Assembly: GCA_965644295.1 (NCBI GenBank)
Contig: CBFFRP010000259.1
Span: 1 to 64,000 of the forward strand
Source of the DNA: Paraphysomonas bandaiensis
Lineage: Eukaryota; Protista; Chrysophyceae
DNA length: 64,000 nucleotides
Reading direction: 5' to 3'
Part shown: one piece after another, positions 59,964 through 64,000 of the stretch
How the letters are laid out: every line of letters begins with the position of its first letter
How positions within the stretch are numbered: position 1 is the first letter of the stretch
Position numbers and translations under genes: made by a program
The notes under the pieces: model-generated
Told to the model about the DNA's origin: nothing
Seen by the model: the letters and a program-made list of their open reading frames with translations, nothing else
Database searches by the model: none

Positions 59964-62900
59964 TCAATCACTCTCACCAGATTCGCTAATTTCATACCTG
60001 ATTTCCTCTTCCATAGGAGAAAAGGGTATTTCATTCGCTTGAGTGTAGCGATCAAGTGCCATTTGTTCCAGTTTACTTTGTAGTATTGTTTTATGTACAT
60101 CCAATGGCATTCGATGCTCAGGCGATATATTTACACGCACAGGAGATAAATCAGGCGTTGTGTCCACTAACAAAAGCTTTTTCATATTACCATCTCTCTT
60201 TAATATTCTGGCAAGACGAGGAATATTCTTGTCCTTGTCTGTTGGAGATTTATAAGTCGTACTACTACAACTACTGCCACTGTCACTGAGATCATAGTTA
60301 ACATCGTTCTCTTCGCCCCACTGCTGATAGGTCAAATACTTCATATACTCGACAATGATTTTCGCCGAGTACAGCTCTGATGATATTTCTGGCGAATGCC
60401 TTCCGGTGTCGCCAATAACTCCAGGAGAACCCGGCATCGCAATACCTGAGCTATCTTCGATAGCGGATGGTAATTTGTTCCGTTTTTCTTCAAGTTTACG
60501 CAAAAGCCGTTCTCGCTGCTTCTCTCTGGTGATAAGCAGGCTAACTCTGTGGCGGGCAGTGTTAGATACAAATGTCTTTTTGATTCCATGCGAGGTTTTC
60601 CATGTGTCGTTGTCATCTTGTTTACCACTTATAGAATAATCGCTGCTATCACCAACATCTTGTAATGGCTGTTGTGGATGCCCTCCACTCGAAAAATTCG
60701 TGCGATGTTGTAAACGGCTTTTCAGTTTACTTTGGGCACGATGCCTGTGCTCCTCCAGGGAATACTGCCTCGCATGCTCATTCATTGTGAATCGTTTTTT
60801 CACGCTGCCGACTGCAGTGCGTGGGGATTCAGGTAAAGAATTCTGTTCAATACTTCTGGCACGCCGAAATTGTGGTTCAGTTGATAACCCATGGGAAGAT
60901 TTCATTGACATAATTTTTTGAATATTTCCATCTTTTCGAATAATTCGTGCTAGTCGAGGTGATTTTACTACCCGTATGGGCCTGTCCGCGTTGCTTTCGT
61001 CGCTGCTGCTGAGATCATAGTTTATATCATCGTCGTTACCCCAACGAATAAACGCTAAGTGCTTCATATGCTCGATAATGCTATCTACTTTTAATAATTC
61101 TTTGTTCTCACTGTTCACTGTGCCAGCATCAGCTGCATCGTTGGTGCTGACGTGACCCCCTTCATACTCCCCAGTTGACAGTTGTTCCGAGTTATAAGAC
61201 AAAAATTGCTCCCCACTGTCATCATCGGTTTTAGCGTTGTCCTTATTTTCCTCAGCCCTGTCTATTAGACGATGTGAAATTGACCGAAATAGAACCTCCC
61301 CGTCACTCATATACATGTGCGTTGAGAGCTTTAAGTCATACGACACCTCGTGGAGTGCAGTCAAAATCTCACGTCGTCGGTAATCACGGAAGTTGTTCTC
61401 TACAATGTTATTATGTCGACCTGGCAACACCTTGGCTCCAGCTTCCATATCAAGGATATGATCCGTTTTTTCACGCCCGCGGCGCTTGCATGCCATACAG
61501 AGTATGTTACACACATATGGGGTAGGTGAACTCAAACCCGCATCAATCGTGCCGTCGATTTCGACTAGTTCTGGTGTCCGTGTGTATCCATTCTTATTGT
61601 TCTCTGTTCGCCCCATGTTACCCCCAGACAGAACTTCTGGAGTAGAAATAGCGTGATCGACGGCAACTCTAGGGTTACTGATACTAGAACAAAATAGATT
61701 GTCTCGTTTACCACAGCAAGTAGTAAACGACATGAATAACAGTGCAACAACAGCAATTGAATATAGAACTCCGTTTTCAGTCAGTGCTACCATGAAGATG
61801 ACCCCACAGATGCCCCACAGTATAACGCGATAAAAAAAAGACTGCACCGGATAGTATAGACATGACACATAGATCATACCACTCAAGAAATACTCTGGAA
61901 TATTACATATAAATCGTATTAAATATTGGGTGATGCTGTAACGCATGTACTGTCTTGATGGAATCCATGTTCTAAACTTTAGAATAATATTACTTTCCGG
62001 TAAATTCCGATACGCCTTCGCTACAGCTGTCGATACAAATAAGTATTTTGTAGCATTGAAGGCGACAGAAGAATCATTCGAGGCACAAAGTTCACCGTCA
62101 CTAAAATTGTGAGTTTGTCCGTTGTCCATACCAAGTAAGGAATTACGATAAGCACTTGCTATGTCTTGCAAGGCATTTTTGACTTCGGCCATCGATTCAT
62201 ATGCAAGTATTGGTGGTATTATTCGTGACAACACAACGAATCCCGGGCTGACAACAGCTATATCCACAAGAACTAGCACAATAAAAGACAACAACCACGC
62301 TAGTTGCTCTGCATAAGATCGAGTTACACCAAACATTAATACAAAGACTGACATAGTAATTACTACGAGAAACCAAACTGCACCAATACCGATTCGAACC
62401 CACTTCGGCAAATTCAGAATATTCGAACTCCTCGACAAGTTTTCAGAGTTTACATGTTCGATAAGTCGCCCTCGTAAACCGGACAAGAGATCGCACACAA
62501 ACAGCACAAGAAGCCGTCGGCGCCGTTGTGCAGTAGTCAATGCACACATCATTTTAATTTCTTTCGATGCTTTGTCACATGCACGAGATACATCTTCTGA
62601 AAGAGTGTCGAAATCAATATCAAGAATATTATTTATATCTCCACTTATTGGGTCCAACGGATCATCTCTCTTTAACGATATCGCGCCCCAAGCAAGCGAA
62701 ATATTTCTTCGCTCAACGCTATTCTGTATTGACTCCAGGTAGCATATCAAATCATTCAGTAAATCATCACAGATTAAATTCGAAACCATTTTACCCGTGT
62801 GTCGCAACCCCTCACCTCCAATGGTAGAAATATTGCCATTGTCGACCCCCAAAATACTGTGACAAATTACTGGATTAATTTGCTGACAACCGTCGAAATT

Positions 62901-64000
62901 GTTCGGTGACGTTAAAACATGAGTAATCATAACTGCAGATACGAATTCAAGAGGTATACAAAGAAGTCCACTACATACAGCAGCTAGAAGTACTATAAAA
63001 ACGATATCACCAGAGAAGATATCTACAGCAGTACAACGCTCGCCATTCCAATAGCAATCAGCTCCAAAATACGTATACACAGGAAATTCGTGAGTAGAAC
63101 ACTCACTTCTAGTGTCTAATGTTGTACAAGTTTCATTTCGAGATTTCAGTGCAATATCTAGCCAAATGTATACGAGTGAATTTGCAAACATTGCATAAAC
63201 AAGGGAGCTGAATCGTAATATGGGGAGCAGCTGATGAGCGTAAGCACAGCTGTGGATAAACTTAGGTGATAGCATTGACAGCCACTGATACGCTGCTTTG
63301 AATTCTTTTATGCATACGTTCCATAATGACTGACTACTAAATACAGATGGAAACACGGAGTCCACGTCAGTTCCATTGAGTGTATCTTTGCCTACAGATA
63401 GAGGGAAAGCTTGTGTTACTTTCCTACGATCCTTGCTATCCATATGGCCCAAGTGGACACACACAAAAGCCAAAACAGCAATAAATGTACTGAACGTTAT
63501 CCATACCATATTTCTGTGCGCATTTTCATTATCCTGCCACTGTATTGAGACATCACTAACAGGAGAATATCCTGTTGTCACAACGAACGATGACTTCGTT
63601 TTGTTCGCACCATCCACAACTGATATCACGCTCGCGTTGCACTCACATAATATTAGCTCGTCCGTTTGGAAGGTAGCACTGCACATAGGAAGTTCAGTGA
63701 CAGTCACCCCAACTAGAGCTTTACACTGGGGGTACTTGTCGACAGGAGGGCATCTAATTAACCAATGTCCCACACTTTCGTTGCAATATAAAGTCACCAA
63801 ATCAGAAATACCATCACAAGATAGTGTGTACACAGCATAACTACCATTACATAGTATCACACGATCAGTGGCATTAATTGAATGGCCATAATTTATTGCA
63901 ACAGTATTTTGGAGTTTTACCGTCAGCGTGGATACATTTCTCGACGATGAAAGCAGTCTCCGCGACAACGGTGTAACACGTGACACACTTTCAACAAGGT
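59964..64000 (-). CDS. Large multi-pass membrane protein, C-terminal part (reminiscent of REJ/PKD-like proteins); 5' end probably outside the window
   Basis: At least 1340 aa open; many hydrophobic helices, a Cys-rich loop (TCTTLDTRSECS..CYWNGERC) and a long charged cytoplasmic tail. Confidence 0.7.
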   Translation of the reverse strand, partial: LVESVSRVTPLSRRLLSSSRNVSTLTVKLQNTVAINYGHSINATDRVILCNGSYAVYTLSCDGISDLVTLYCNESVGHWLIRCPPVDKYPQCKALVGVTVTELPMCSATFQTDELILCECNASVISVVDGANKTKSSFVVTTGYSPVSDVSIQWQDNENAHRNMVWITFSTFIAVLAFVCVHLGHMDSKDRRKVTQAFPLSVGKDTLNGTDVDSVFPSVFSSQSLWNVCIKEFKAAYQWLSMLSPKFIHSCAYAHQLLPILRFSSLVYAMFANSLVYIWLDIALKSRNETCTTLDTRSECSTHEFPVYTYFGADCYWNGERCTAVDIFSGDIVFIVLLAAVCSGLLCIPLEFVSAVMITHVLTSPNNFDGCQQINPVICHSILGVDNGNISTIGGEGLRHTGKMVSNLICDDLLNDLICYLESIQNSVERRNISLAWGAISLKRDDPLDPISGDINNILDIDFDTLSEDVSRACDKASKEIKMMCALTTAQRRRRLLVLFVCDLLSGLRGRLIEHVNSENLSRSSNILNLPKWVRIGIGAVWFLVVITMSVFVLMFGVTRSYAEQLAWLLSFIVLVLVDIAVVSPGFVVLSRIIPPILAYESMAEVKNALQDIASAYRNSLLGMDNGQTHNFSDGELCASNDSSVAFNATKYLFVSTAVAKAYRNLPESNIILKFRTWIPSRQYMRYSITQYLIRFICNIPEYFLSGMIYVSCLYYPVQSFFYRVILWGICGVIFMVALTENGVLYSIAVVALLFMSFTTCCGKRDNLFCSSISNPRVAVDHAISTPEVLSGGNMGRTENNKNGYTRTPELVEIDGTIDAGLSSPTPYVCNILCMACKRRGREKTDHILDMEAGAKVLPGRHNNIVENNFRDYRRREILTALHEVSYDLKLSTHMYMSDGEVLFRSISHRLIDRAEENKDNAKTDDDSGEQFLSYNSEQLSTGEYEGGHVSTNDAADAGTVNSENKELLKVDSIIEHMKHLAFIRWGNDDDINYDLSSSDESNADRPIRVVKSPRLARIIRKDGNIQKIMSMKSSHGLSTEPQFRRARSIEQNSLPESPRTAVGSVKKRFTMNEHARQYSLEEHRHRAQSKLKSRLQHRTNFSSGGHPQQPLQDVGDSSDYSISGKQDDNDTWKTSHGIKKTFVSNTARHRVSLLITREKQRERLLRKLEEKRNKLPSAIEDSSGIAMPGSPGVIGDTGRHSPEISSELYSAKIIVEYMKYLTYQQWGEENDVNYDLSDSGSSCSSTTYKSPTDKDKNIPRLARILKRDGNMKKLLLVDTTPDLSPVRVNISPEHRMPLDVHKTILQSKLEQMALDRYTQANEIPFSPMEEEIRYEISESGESD

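Overview
Eukaryotic, intron-containing (short GT-AG introns), gene-dense and transposon-rich window. The gene content and transposon mix suggest a unicellular stramenopile, but this is inference only. Host genes: PDAP1-like, a spliced histone H2A variant, PRP40, a metallophosphoesterase, a PY/UBA/repeat/FYVE/ankyrin protein, a GMC oxidoreductase, an unknown 900-aa protein, a NERD1-like FG-GAP protein, a SAM methyltransferase, cyclopropylsterol isomerase CPI1, an FKBP, a JmjC protein, PP1 inhibitor-3 and a large multi-pass membrane protein. Mobile elements with boundaries read directly from the sequence: (1) a two-gene IS630/Tc1-type unit whose perfect 154-bp inverted repeats contain the upstream region and start codon of both convergent genes; (2) an adjacent truncated tyrosine-recombinase (Crypton-like) gene; (3) a hAT element with an 8-bp TSD; (4) an apparently intact Plavaka element and a derived MITE; (5) a pogo-like relic; (6) an intact Copia with identical TA...TA LTRs whose gag ATG is formed at the LTR/PBS junction; (7) a non-autonomous MULE with a 9-bp TSD nested in another repeat. 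The best candidate for an undescribed system is the 1010-4323 unit, possibly together with the neighbouring recombinase. All calls come from motif recognition by eye; no searches were run.
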